63,694 nucleotides of DNA, from positions 1 through 63,694 of the forward strand of contig JBAZJW010000005.1 of NCBI GenBank assembly GCA_041651055.1, in the 5' to 3' direction. Numbering within the stretch: position 1 is the first letter of the stretch; the number at the start of each line of letters is the position of its first letter. The stretch is from Minisyncoccota bacterium. Its GTDB lineage: Bacteria > Patescibacteriota > Minisyncoccia > Phycocordibacterales > UBA5272. A model generated the notes under the pieces. It made no database searches and was not told the origin of the DNA. It was given only the letters and a program-made list of their open reading frames with translations. The position numbers and the translations under genes were made by a program. Shown piece by piece: positions 52,127 to 60,814 of this stretch.

Positions 52127-52547
52127 TAATCACCTTGTCATAAAACTTTTCGAACTGGTCTTTCACTTGAATGTCCATGTTAATGTTCAAGTTCTTCTTC
52201 ACGCTGGGGTAGTATTCCTCTTTGATTTTCATGAGGCAGTCCATCATGTACTTGCAGTCTTGCGGGTCTTCCGCCCATTGCCTCATCACGTTGAAAATGT
52301 CCTGAAGCCTTTTCAAAAGAATATTCTCATCAAAGATTTCTATGCCGTACACTCTGCTCTTGGCTTGAAGTATTGGTACGGGACAGAGTTGGTCAGGATT
52401 GTACTTTGGAAGCTCTAGGCCAAGTGCACACTTATTAGAGGCTAACACTGGGCACGATGCGCACTTCGTTCGGCTACACTCCTGCATTAAGCTCTTGAGC
52501 GTTTCTAGTTGGACGTGGTCAAGAACGGAGAAGCCTTGCGAGAGCAT
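52023..52547 (-). CDS. Cys-cluster protein (first gene of the minus arm)
   Basis: ECSRTKCASCPVLASNKCALG...LCPVP. The C-terminal 30 aa are low complexity and overlap the next ORF. Confidence 0.5.
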   Translation of the reverse strand: MLSQGFSVLDHVQLETLKSLMQECSRTKCASCPVLASNKCALGLELPKYNPDQLCPVPILQAKSRVYGIEIFDENILLKRLQDIFNVMRQWAEDPQDCKYMMDCLMKIKEEYYPSVKKNLNINMDIQVKDQFEKFYDKVINDETKNPNKTQRQDAPECQPDSERQGRTEQQEQN

Positions 52548-52595
52548 CACATCGTTAATTATTAATCACCTCAAATATAAAAGAACAGAAATATA

Positions 52596-52620
52596 ACAAA
52601 TATATAAACTTTAGGATGTT
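52596..52620 (-). promoter_or_regulatory. Promoter of the minus arm (origin-proximal)
   Basis: The minus strand reads CCTAAAGTTTATATATTTG. This is the same AAAGTTTATAT core as the late promoters but without the CTATATAGCACAACTT upstream element. Confidence 0.55.
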
Positions 52621-52831
52621 TCAGCATGCGCCTGTTATACGGCTTCATCAAACTAATCAAGGTCTAATCAAGCTGCAAATCCTGATAAAAAAAGTTAGTA
52701 AAAAATAAGGTACCAATTTTTTACTCTGTTTTTATAAAAATTTTTATATTTTGATATATAATAAATCTATATTCTAAGAAATATATTTTCTAAAAATATC
52801 GTCTGAGTATACAGGTTCGCTTCGATTTTAC

Positions 52832-52864
52832 TAAAGGTTTTATGCTAAAAAGAGGGTAAGGAAC
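52832..52864. repeat. Origin inverted repeat, left arm
   Basis: TAAAGGTTTTATGCTAAAAAGAGGGTAAGGAAC. Confidence 0.8.
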
Positions 52865-52971
52865 AAAAGTAGTGTCCGTACTTCTATATAATTTTTTTAA
52901 AAGAATATAAAACAATATATATTTTTATATATGTATAAATTTTTTTATACAATACATGGTGTCAGTTCTCG

Positions 52972-53003
52972 CTCCTTACCCGTTTTTTGACCTAAAACCT
53001 TTA
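52972..53003. repeat. Origin inverted repeat, right arm
   Basis: The reverse complement reads TAAAGGTTTTAGGTCAAAAAACGGGTAAGGAG. It shares TAAAGGTTTTA, AAAAA and GGGTAAGGA blocks with the left arm. Confidence 0.8.
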
Positions 53004-53127
53004 ATTTTTTGTCCTCTTTAAATACTATCCCTAACGTAAAAACCAAAATTATAACAATTTCTTTTTACTTAAAACGCTTTTATATTCTACGAAATATATT
53101 TTACAAAACACTATTTCGGAGAATATA

Positions 53128-53162
53128 AAAATTTATAAATAAGCTTATATTTGGGTTTTTTC
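53128..53162 (+). promoter_or_regulatory. Promoter of the plus arm; probably a leaderless transcript
   Basis: AAAATTTATAAATA sits about 24 nt before ATG 53163, and there is no SD. Confidence 0.55.
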
Positions 53163-53408
53163 ATGGAAACAAAAGCAATCCTCATAAAAATTCCAGAAAG
53201 TGAGCACAGCTTCCTGCGTTCTAGAAACTACAACGTGAGTGCTCTGCTGCGCACTCTTGTCTCCAGCTTCGTGATTGAGCAGAATCAAAAAGAAATTATT
53301 GAAGCAGAAAAAAGAAGAAAAGAGGAATTGATGTATGCTACCTACACCAAGCCTGAACCCAAGCTTAATACCGAACCTGAACCTGAAAAACAATTGCCAA
53401 CTGACTGA
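53163..53408 (+). CDS. Ribbon-helix-helix-like DNA-binding protein (origin-proximal)
   Basis: METKAILIKIPESEHSFLRSRNYNVSALLRTLV fits a strand-helix-helix pattern. Confidence 0.45.
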   Translation: METKAILIKIPESEHSFLRSRNYNVSALLRTLVSSFVIEQNQKEIIEAEKRRKEELMYATYTKPEPKLNTEPEPEKQLPTD

Positions 53409-56124
53409 GCCTCGTCACTTGATAAGCGAAATCAGGAAGTTCTATGACTACTTTAGTCCGCACGAACTTTGGTGCATGCGGTACAAGCAAAAAGAAAACC
53501 CTCACATAATACAAGTTCATTCCTTCGAAGAATTTCTCAGGGCAATAGCTAAGTACAACAACAAGGAAGAAATGTGCTGCGTGTACGCTGGAGTGAACCC
53601 GTACAAAACTTGGCGCTTGAACGAGAACGTCACGCACTTGAAACAACTTTTCTTCGACATTGACTGCACCACTCAGGAAGAGTTCGACGAGATTCAGAAA
53701 CACGCTGAAGAGCTAGGAATGAGGTGGAGCAAGCACATCAACTCAGGGCGTGGCAAGTACCTTCTGTTCCCAGTTACGCCCACTGAGATAACGGACACTA
53801 ATCGTGACGACATTTACAACCTGACAGCGAGCCTAGTGGATTACTTTAATGAGAAGTTCAAGGCACTAGACGCAAGGTGCAAGGACGTCAGTCGCATCAG
53901 TCGTGTTTGGGGCACTGTGCATTACAAGAATGTCATTGAGCACAAAGGCAGCCCCTTGCAGTGTCAAATAATAGCGGAGCAAGAAGTTAGCCCTGAGCAG
54001 ATGTCCAAGAACTTAGAGGTCGCTCAGGGCATTGCAGCAGGGCGCAAGCACGAGTACAAGCTATTCAACGACAACACAGTTGGCGAGTGTTACGCTTGCG
54101 ACAGTGTGCTAGAAAACCCGCTTCCACCAACAGTTAACAACGGGGAGAGCAGCACGGGATTCAACGACAGGCTAGGAAAGAACCTTGCCATTTACGCTTG
54201 CAGACTGCACGGGCGCAACGGACTAGAAATGGTCAGGAAGTGCTACTCAAGCAGGGACAAGAATCCGAAGGAAGCTGACGGGTGGTTCAAAAAAGCAGAG
54301 GGCGACCCTGACTTTAAGCTGAACTGTTACGAAATAAAAAATTATCTTGAGGAAAATTATCCCACAGTGTTCAGCACTCAGTGCAAGCGTTGCATGAGAG
54401 AAAAAAGGAATAGAATAATTTACACTGACGAGCCTGACGCAATGCGTGAGCTGAAAGAAAAGTACAAGGGCAGGCTGAAGTTTTTTATTGCTGATAAGGA
54501 AATGTTTGACGGCATTGTAAGCCCGAGTGAGCAAGGTGACGCCAAGCAACTGTACATCATCGGAAACATTTATCAGCGCAACAACGGAAGGGCAAACCGC
54601 AACTTCCAGCGAGTGCTGAACATGGAAGACATTGAGAATAATAATTCTAATTTTGAAATGTTTTACTTCGGCGAGCCACTCCCTGGAAGGAACAGGGAAG
54701 TTGTGAGGTACGAGCGTGCAGGATTCTACCGTTACGAACTGAAAGAAGGTGACCGCAATTATATTTTGCTTAGTGAGAAGAAGATTCCGTACGGAGAGAA
54801 CATCATCAGGGGAATGATTACCGAAGTGAACGGCAAGTACACCATTGCAGAAGGCGTCAGCCTTAGAGGAACTCAGCAGGTAGTATTCGTGTTTGACCAC
54901 AAGCCCAAGCTGGCAGAGGTCAACAATGATGACGAACTGTTCAAGCTCGTGGACTTCACTGAGCAAGAACTAATCGACACCATTTACTCAAAGCTGGACG
55001 GTAACAGGCTGGTGACTTTTAGGCAGCCAGCATTCATCAATACTTTGGTACTCTCGTGGCTTTTCAGTGGCAAGAAGAATTATCCGCTGCACGTCAACAT
55101 AGTAGGCCAACCTCACTGCGGAAAAACAGAACTCTTAGAAAGGCTTAGTGAGTTGATGAACGAGGAGATTATGGACTGCGGTGGCAGCACTATTAAAAGT
55201 TTGATTCCTAGTTTTCACGGGATTGCTCCAGAAATTGGTGCACTGTTCAGGAGCAGGAGAGTGTGCATGCTTGATGAGCTCATCAACATGCTGGCCAGGA
55301 CTGGAAAGAAAAGTGAGGAAACCAGTGACATGTTCATAACGGCCAATAATATATTGGAGCATAAGAAGAATCACAAGTTCGGCTCAGGCAAGGGTAACAT
55401 CATGATGAGCATGCACAGCAAGGTCATCGCAGTTAACAATCCAGCAACGGGCAAGACCATAAAAGAAACGTTCAAGATAATGCCAGAGGCATTCATGGAC
55501 AGGTTCCTGCCCGTAAGGTTCAGTTCCAATTACAAGTTGTACGTGAGCAGTGGCAACTACGTTGAAGACAAAGCCAAAACCATAAAAAAGTTCACGTTCC
55601 TCAGCATAACGGACTATCTTAACAATTTCATGGTTGACATTGACAAGAAGCGTTACGACGAGTGCCTTAAAGAAATCAAGCCACTGGTTCCAGAGGAGAT
55701 TCAATTCTTTTTTTCCAGCAGGACGTCGTCCCACCACATGCAACTGATTCTTGACGGCATTATCAAGGTCAGGTGCCTGCTCGAAAAAGACAGTTCGTGG
55801 GTAGCAACTGAGCGTGATTACGCAAAGTTCACGAACTGGCTTCGAGACTGGGTGAGGTGGTGGTGGGACGACAAGCTCCCGCAAGGCAAGACCATTACCA
55901 GAGTGCTTAATGACGAGCAAAAAATCATTCTGGAACTCGTGGGCAATGGACTAGGAAGAATAAAACTTTTCAAGCTACTGGAAGAGCGCAACATTGAAGC
56001 CAAGTACAACCTAAAATTCCTTTACGACAATGGTGTGCTAAGCAATGACGAGAACAACATCTTCCCACTCATCAACACTAACGAGAGTGAAGTCAGCATT
56101 GAAGACATGGACGTGAGAATATGA
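53335..56124 (+). CDS. Archaeo-eukaryotic primase (PrimPol) domain fused to an SF3 (D5-like) helicase
   Basis: AEP motifs LFFDIDC, SGRGKYLLF and RVWGTVHYK. Walker A VGQPHCGKT and Walker B CMLDEL. The start is uncertain (ATG 53335 overlaps the upstream gene; TTG 53419 is possible). Confidence 0.8.
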   Translation: MLPTPSLNPSLIPNLNLKNNCQLTEPRHLISEIRKFYDYFSPHELWCMRYKQKENPHIIQVHSFEEFLRAIAKYNNKEEMCCVYAGVNPYKTWRLNENVTHLKQLFFDIDCTTQEEFDEIQKHAEELGMRWSKHINSGRGKYLLFPVTPTEITDTNRDDIYNLTASLVDYFNEKFKALDARCKDVSRISRVWGTVHYKNVIEHKGSPLQCQIIAEQEVSPEQMSKNLEVAQGIAAGRKHEYKLFNDNTVGECYACDSVLENPLPPTVNNGESSTGFNDRLGKNLAIYACRLHGRNGLEMVRKCYSSRDKNPKEADGWFKKAEGDPDFKLNCYEIKNYLEENYPTVFSTQCKRCMREKRNRIIYTDEPDAMRELKEKYKGRLKFFIADKEMFDGIVSPSEQGDAKQLYIIGNIYQRNNGRANRNFQRVLNMEDIENNNSNFEMFYFGEPLPGRNREVVRYERAGFYRYELKEGDRNYILLSEKKIPYGENIIRGMITEVNGKYTIAEGVSLRGTQQVVFVFDHKPKLAEVNNDDELFKLVDFTEQELIDTIYSKLDGNRLVTFRQPAFINTLVLSWLFSGKKNYPLHVNIVGQPHCGKTELLERLSELMNEEIMDCGGSTIKSLIPSFHGIAPEIGALFRSRRVCMLDELINMLARTGKKSEETSDMFITANNILEHKKNHKFGSGKGNIMMSMHSKVIAVNNPATGKTIKETFKIMPEAFMDRFLPVRFSSNYKLYVSSGNYVEDKAKTIKKFTFLSITDYLNNFMVDIDKKRYDECLKEIKPLVPEEIQFFFSSRTSSHHMQLILDGIIKVRCLLEKDSSWVATERDYAKFTNWLRDWVRWWWDDKLPQGKTITRVLNDEQKIILELVGNGLGRIKLFKLLEERNIEAKYNLKFLYDNGVLSNDENNIFPLINTNESEVSIEDMDVRI

Positions 56125-56228
56125 CACTCGACAAGTTCATGAAAGCACTTTTGTTATTAGTGCTTGGTGAAATGACTATTGAAACAGTGGCGTTCATAAC
56201 GTGCCCACTGTGGTGGTGGATACTATGA
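56121..56228 (+). CDS. Tiny hydrophobic protein (35 aa)
   Basis: Hand-translated MTLDKFMKALLLLVLGEMTIETVAFITCPLWWWIL. Confidence 0.35.
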   Translation: MTLDKFMKALLLLVLGEMTIETVAFITCPLWWWIL

Positions 56229-56371
56229 CAATGGATTATTCGTTAATAATATTTGCAATTCTGTGCATACTAGGCATTGTAGCAATAATTTTGATAACTC
56301 CATTTTTGGGATATGTTGTTCACAAGTATTGGGACTGGGCGGACGATTTTATTGATGAACACTTGAGGTGA
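56225..56371 (+). CDS. Small membrane protein (48 aa)
   Basis: Hand-translated MTMDYSLIIFAILCILGIVAIILITPFLGYVVHKYWDWADDFIDEHLR. Confidence 0.4.
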   Translation: MTMDYSLIIFAILCILGIVAIILITPFLGYVVHKYWDWADDFIDEHLR

Positions 56372-56376
56372 AAAGA

Positions 56377-56499
56377 ATGGGAAAACATAGAAAGTGGTAT
56401 TATCCAAGGCACTGTAACAAACCTATGATTGTTATAGATGATTTCGACAAAAGTAAAACTGTGACTATGAAATGTGAAGTGTGCGGTCACAAACTTTGA
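56377..56499 (+). CDS. Small zinc-ribbon-like protein (40 aa)
   Basis: Hand-translated MGKHRKWYYPRHCNKPMIVIDDFDKSKTVTMKCEVCGHKL. Confidence 0.35.
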   Translation: MGKHRKWYYPRHCNKPMIVIDDFDKSKTVTMKCEVCGHKL

Positions 56500-56639
56500 G
56501 GTCAAAAGATATAAACTATTGCAGAGATTGTGTGAACTTCGGAGTATGTGAATCTGATTATGTATGTAAAAAGGATTCACTTGCAGGAGAATGTGACTAC
56601 TTTGATAAGCGTGTTTTTTGTGGTGAAAAGAATCAATAA
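56496..56639 (+). CDS. Possible small Cys-rich protein (47 aa, TTG start)
   Basis: Open frame ...NYCRDCVNFGVCESDYVCKKDSLAGECDYFDKRVFCGEKNQ. There is no ATG and no clear SD. Confidence 0.25.
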   Translation: MRSKDINYCRDCVNFGVCESDYVCKKDSLAGECDYFDKRVFCGEKNQ

Positions 56640-56674
56640 CTTTGAGGTCAAATGTTATTATATGAGGTGAAAAA

Positions 56675-57088
56675 ATGATGAAGAACTTGAATGTTGAACT
56701 GCCTAAGAAGGCAGAAAAAAAGATTGATGGGCTAGTAATATATAATGAACGCCCGAAAAAAAGTGTATTGGAAAAACTTCTTTGGTGGATGAAGTTTATT
56801 GCAGCCGTGCTAGTGGTGTGCGCTGCAGTGATGGTGTACACTGCAGGCTACGCATCAGCGAGTGAGTATCATGCAGCGAGCAACGAGCCTGTAAGGTTTT
56901 GCTACCTGTTAGAAGAAGACGCTAACGGGTGGACTAGGTGGTGCACTCCTGACAACGCACTGTACAATGGCAAGGGCTACAAAGTGTTTGACCTTGAATG
57001 GCTTGAGACTCCTTGCATCAACAACATTGACTGCTGGGAAAACAAGAACCGCTGGGCACTATGGATAATCAATGCAATGGAGGACTAA
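56675..57088 (+). CDS. Membrane-anchored Cys/Trp-rich protein (137 aa)
   Basis: TM segment FIAAVLVVCAAVMVYTAGY. SD GAGGTGA. Confidence 0.6.
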   Translation: MMKNLNVELPKKAEKKIDGLVIYNERPKKSVLEKLLWWMKFIAAVLVVCAAVMVYTAGYASASEYHAASNEPVRFCYLLEEDANGWTRWCTPDNALYNGKGYKVFDLEWLETPCINNIDCWENKNRWALWIINAMED

Positions 57089-57089
57089 A

Positions 57090-57305
57090 ATGAACAAAGC
57101 ATACAAGGCAGAACTTGAAAGGCAGATTAAGAGCCGAACTGTTAGCATGTGGCTTTGGGCACTCGTGTTTATTGGTGGAGTGCTTTTGTCTGCTTCAATA
57201 ATTTTTGCAGTGATAGGCGTTCCGTTGATTATCGTTGCGCTTATTTTTGCGTACCGTGCTGAGAACAAGCGCAAGAGTCTGAGCTTAGAATTGTTGAAAG
57301 GGTGA
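57090..57305 (+). CDS. Small membrane protein (71 aa)
   Basis: MWLWALVFIGGVLLSASIIFAVIGVPLIIVALIFAY. SD GGAGGA. Confidence 0.55.
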   Translation: MNKAYKAELERQIKSRTVSMWLWALVFIGGVLLSASIIFAVIGVPLIIVALIFAYRAENKRKSLSLELLKG

Positions 57306-57330
57306 GGATATTATAATACTGCAGAAGCTA

Positions 57331-57404
57331 AATCTTTATATACTTGCTGTTGTTTAGCTTTTGTAGGTATCATCCAAAACTAACCGCAAACGAGGTGTAA
57401 CCAA
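57331..57404 (+). promoter_or_regulatory. Promoter upstream of 57405
   Basis: AATCTTTATATACTTGC resembles the early TATA context. SD GAGGTG lies before the ATG. Confidence 0.5.
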
Positions 57405-58211
57405 ATGGAAATACAAAACACATTGTCAGATGTTGATTCAGAAGTTGATTATATAATATCTCATTCTTCGCCTGTCCAGAGTTTTGACGGGGTTAATATA
57501 AGTAACAAGACCAGACTCAATGCTGAGTATGGCAAAACAGCAAACAATGGAGGAAATAAAATGACTGAACCAAACTATCCGCAAACAGCGGAACCAAAAA
57601 CAGAACTTAGCCTTGACGCAGACGACCTGAAGATAGCACAGGAAGTCAGTGAGGACGCCCCCAAGAAGAAGCGCACTGACGACAGCACCAGAGAACTGGG
57701 CATTGACGAAATGGGCGGACAGTGGATTAAGAACCCTGTCGTTGGAGAATCTACTGAGATGTTGACCATTGAGAAGGTCATGGAGAACAAGAAGATTGAT
57801 GCCAAGCGAGCAGACGGGCAGGCATTCAAGACCAACCTGAGCAGCGTGGACTACAAGATTGACATCTACACGGACAAAGGAATCTTCTGCCCTTCATGCT
57901 GGGAAGTCTGGGGCAAAGTAAAGGCTGCCATTAAGAAGAACAAGGACTTGACAGGCCAGGTCATCAAGGGCACGAAGTTCAGCGTGAAGCACGTCGTGAA
58001 CGGGCTGTACGCTGCCAAGCCAGCAGCAGAAGTCAGGAAGCTCTTAGAACTTCCGAACACTCCCGAAGGACTTGCAGCAGCGGAGAAGGCAGTGCAGGAA
58101 GCCAAGGACGCGCAGAAGAACAAAAAGTGCTACGAGGTCACTTTGTACGTGCAGAACCCTGCCAAGACGCAAGCAGCAGGCGCACCAGTATTTGACGAGT
58201 TCAAGTATTAA
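57405..58211 (+). CDS. Hypothetical protein (268 aa; alternative start 57561)
   Basis: Track ORF. It ends in ...PVFDEFKY. A second good SD, GGAGGAAATAAAATG, is at 57561. Confidence 0.6.
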   Translation: MEIQNTLSDVDSEVDYIISHSSPVQSFDGVNISNKTRLNAEYGKTANNGGNKMTEPNYPQTAEPKTELSLDADDLKIAQEVSEDAPKKKRTDDSTRELGIDEMGGQWIKNPVVGESTEMLTIEKVMENKKIDAKRADGQAFKTNLSSVDYKIDIYTDKGIFCPSCWEVWGKVKAAIKKNKDLTGQVIKGTKFSVKHVVNGLYAAKPAAEVRKLLELPNTPEGLAAAEKAVQEAKDAQKNKKCYEVTLYVQNPAKTQAAGAPVFDEFKY

Positions 58212-58217
58212 TTTTTT

Positions 58218-58319
58218 TTATTGAGTTGTATGTAAAAGGAATCCTTACATGGTAACGTGTAAGGGCGAAATGCTTGTCCGAGCCCTCGTTGAGAGTTCCT
58301 TCATAAGACAACTCAATAA
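58218..58319 (+). ncRNA. Structured intergenic element (about 100 nt) closed by a 12-bp stem
   Basis: TTATTGAGTTGT (58218..58229) pairs with ACAACTCAATAA (58308..58319). Internal hairpin ATGTAA...TTACAT and stem GGGC/GCCC. It sits just after a T8 run. Confidence 0.35.
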
Positions 58320-58355
58320 TTATTATCAAAAAATTAAAAACGGAGGAATAATAAA

Positions 58356-59192
58356 ATGGGAGCAAAAACTAAGACAACGAATCTTTTAGCATTCTTGAAG
58401 AAAGTGACTTTCAACAACGCCCTGAACGACATCCTTCTGGACTTTCGGGCTGATGGAGTTCACGTCAGGGCAATGAGTTCTAACATCTTGTTCAGTGAAG
58501 GACTGCTCAAGAAGAGTGCGTTCACTGAGTACGAGGCAATAGGCAGAGTTGGAATACCAAACTGCACCAAGCTCGTGAACCTGCTCAAGACCAAGAAAGG
58601 CGACATCCTTCTTAGCAAGACAGCTGATGGAAAACTGTGCTACGCTGTTGAGACGAGCGCAGCGCACATTCCACTTTGTGAGGACAAGTTCGTGAGCAGC
58701 AACGTTGAGGAGCAGCCACCATTCATTCCAAACCTTGACGCTGGGTTCAACCTGACCTCAACTGAGTTCAAGAAGATACTCACTGACTGGAACACCATTG
58801 GAAGCAGCAAGATTGAAGTCATCAGTGACGGAAAGAGCCTAACATTCAGCACTGAGGACGACACTGGTTACCAAGTTGCTGAATCCTTCCCAGTCAAGTA
58901 CACTACAGGCAAGACACTGCTAGGACTTTGCTTGAAGGACGTCATGAAAGTGGCTGAAGGAAACCTTAACGTGACTTTCAAGTTCACCACTAGCGACAAG
59001 GACAACCTGCCATTGAGAGTGAGGGAAGAACGTGAGCACTACACTGTCGACCTAATCATTGCGCCTTTAGACCCTGACAGTGAGACGCACAAGAAAGCGC
59101 AGGAAGAAGCAAAGAAGAGGCAAGACGCTCAGGATGCAGAAGAAAAAGCAGAAGCTGTTGCTGCAAGTGAGGTGGACTCTGATGGGCAGTGA
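58356..59192 (+). CDS. pcna: PCNA-like sliding clamp with acidic C-terminal tail
   Basis: About 250-aa two-domain-length core (...DILLDFRADGVHVRAMSSN...FSTEDDTGYQV...) plus an acidic tail. It is adjacent to the RFC homologue. Confidence 0.6.
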   Translation: MGAKTKTTNLLAFLKKVTFNNALNDILLDFRADGVHVRAMSSNILFSEGLLKKSAFTEYEAIGRVGIPNCTKLVNLLKTKKGDILLSKTADGKLCYAVETSAAHIPLCEDKFVSSNVEEQPPFIPNLDAGFNLTSTEFKKILTDWNTIGSSKIEVISDGKSLTFSTEDDTGYQVAESFPVKYTTGKTLLGLCLKDVMKVAEGNLNVTFKFTTSDKDNLPLRVREEREHYTVDLIIAPLDPDSETHKKAQEEAKKRQDAQDAEEKAEAVAASEVDSDGQ

Positions 59193-59263
59193 GGATTACG
59201 ATGAGGATGACGTTTACGATGAGGACAGCACAGGACACGATTTTGAGGACGAGGTGAACTGAC

Positions 59264-59392
59264 ATGCGTAAATACATCATAAAATTCACTGATGGACGGC
59301 TTAGTGACAAAGAAATAAAAGCCGAAAATATTGCGCATGCGAAAACAATGGCCAGAGTTAAGTATGGCTTTTGTGTAGTGAGAGCGAGGTGA
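59264..59392 (+). CDS. Hypothetical protein (42 aa)
   Basis: Hand-translated [42 protein letters not shown]. The leader CGAGGTGAACTGACATG is repeated before rfc. Confidence 0.4.
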   Translation: MRKYIIKFTDGRLSDKEIKAENIAHAKTMARVKYGFCVVRAR

Positions 59393-59399
59393 ACTGACA

Positions 59400-60284
59400 A
59401 TGTGGATAGAAAAATACAGACCTCACAAGTTTGAGGACGTGCAAGGCTTAGACCCTGAACTTCCCAAGCTGGTAAATGATGACATGCCTCACCTCATGTT
59501 CGTGGGCAAGGCAGGCTCAGGCAAGACCACTACAGCACGAATCATTGTTGACGTGCTAGGCTGCGACTGCTTGCGCTTGAATGCTTCTGATGAGCGAGGA
59601 ATCGACGTAATCAGGGACAAGGTGAAAGACTACGCTAGGACTAGGAGCAGCAACGGAAAGTTCAAGATAGTCTTCCTGGACGAAGCGGACTTCCTGACCA
59701 AGGAAGCTCAGATGATTCTTAGAGGAGTCATTGAAGCGTACCACACAAACTGCAGGTTCATCCTGACGGGCAACTACATCACTAAGTTCGACGACGCTAT
59801 CAAGAGCCGTTGCAAGCAGTTCAGCTTCAACACACAAAGCAATGAGCAAGTGGCAGCGTATCTTGACAAAATATGCTGTAACGAAAACGTATGCGCTACA
59901 CGCGATGCACTCGAGAAACTCGCTGCCAAGTACAACCCTGACATCAGGACAATGCTGAATGAGCTAGAGACACTGGCCAAGAAAGGCACGAAAATAATGC
60001 CTTCAATGATTAGTGAGGAAGACGACAGGGTTGCCGAACTTGTGAAGCTGCTGCAGTCAGGGCAGATGAGCAAGGCAAAGAAGTGGATACTGGACAGCTC
60101 GTTCGACATTCACTACGTGCTGAACCTGCTCAACACTTACTCGTGGAATGCTGCTTGGGACACGCCTAAGAAGTTGAAGTTCTGGGAAGCCCTGGGCGAA
60201 ACGGAGTTCAGGATGGGACTGAGCGTTGACGAGGAAGTGCAGTTGTCGAGTGGTCTTGTTAGAATGTACAAGGCGCTGATGTAA
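59400..60284 (+). CDS. rfc: Replication factor C small-subunit homologue (clamp loader AAA+)
   Basis: [16 protein letters not shown], Walker [10 protein letters not shown], Walker [11 protein letters not shown], sensor SRC in AIKSRC. Confidence 0.85.
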   Translation: MWIEKYRPHKFEDVQGLDPELPKLVNDDMPHLMFVGKAGSGKTTTARIIVDVLGCDCLRLNASDERGIDVIRDKVKDYARTRSSNGKFKIVFLDEADFLTKEAQMILRGVIEAYHTNCRFILTGNYITKFDDAIKSRCKQFSFNTQSNEQVAAYLDKICCNENVCATRDALEKLAAKYNPDIRTMLNELETLAKKGTKIMPSMISEEDDRVAELVKLLQSGQMSKAKKWILDSSFDIHYVLNLLNTYSWNAAWDTPKKLKFWEALGETEFRMGLSVDEEVQLSSGLVRMYKALM

Positions 60285-60285
60285 A

Positions 60286-60696
60286 ATGATTTATTGTCCA
60301 CGTTGTGGCTATACAGAATCTACCAATTTAGGACTTGCGATGCCATGTCCAAATTGTATAAGTGCAAGATTAGAAAAACCAATATTACAGGTGAACCAAA
60401 TGGAAACAAAAAGCCGTTATGAAGTAGTATCAGACCTTGAAGCTAAGAAGCGAGAGCTAATCAAGGAGCGCAGTGGCCTGAAGGACACGCTGCTTGCCAA
60501 GCAGAAGAACCTGAAGAACATTGAGCGACAGAAGGCAGACACCATAGTCCTGATTGACAGGCAGATTGACGACCTCAAAGATGACATAGCAAACTTTGAG
60601 AAGACATTAACAGAGCGAGAAGCGACCATAAACGAGCTCATCAAGAGTGTTGATGACAGCCTTGGAAGATTCAGCAAGCTCACTGAATATAAGTGA
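60286..60696 (+). CDS. Zinc-ribbon plus coiled-coil protein (136 aa)
   Basis: CPRCG...CPNC, then heptad-rich sequence. Confidence 0.55.
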   Translation: MIYCPRCGYTESTNLGLAMPCPNCISARLEKPILQVNQMETKSRYEVVSDLEAKKRELIKERSGLKDTLLAKQKNLKNIERQKADTIVLIDRQIDDLKDDIANFEKTLTEREATINELIKSVDDSLGRFSKLTEYK

Positions 60697-60814
60697 TGCT
60701 CATAGAAAACAAAAAACCAAATTTGACTCCCACCTATGAGAACCCAATATGACCTAAAGATGGTTGTATGTAAACTAGAAAAAATAAAAGTGGGAGATTA
60801 ATTTTTTTTATTGT

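Larger units (their letters stand above)
52621..53130. other. Candidate replication origin (non-coding, AT-rich, repeat-structured)
   Basis: A gap of roughly 600 nt (52548..53162) with no ORF lies between the divergent arms. It has inverted 33-nt repeats, flanking 22-nt direct repeats, and a 73-nt core with only 5 G/C. Confidence 0.65.

Noticed and set aside
52621-53130. Possible CRISPR array or mini-array in the repeat-rich non-coding region
   Set aside because: There are only two inverted copies and two direct copies, with no regular repeat-spacer periodicity. The layout fits an origin, not a CRISPR array.
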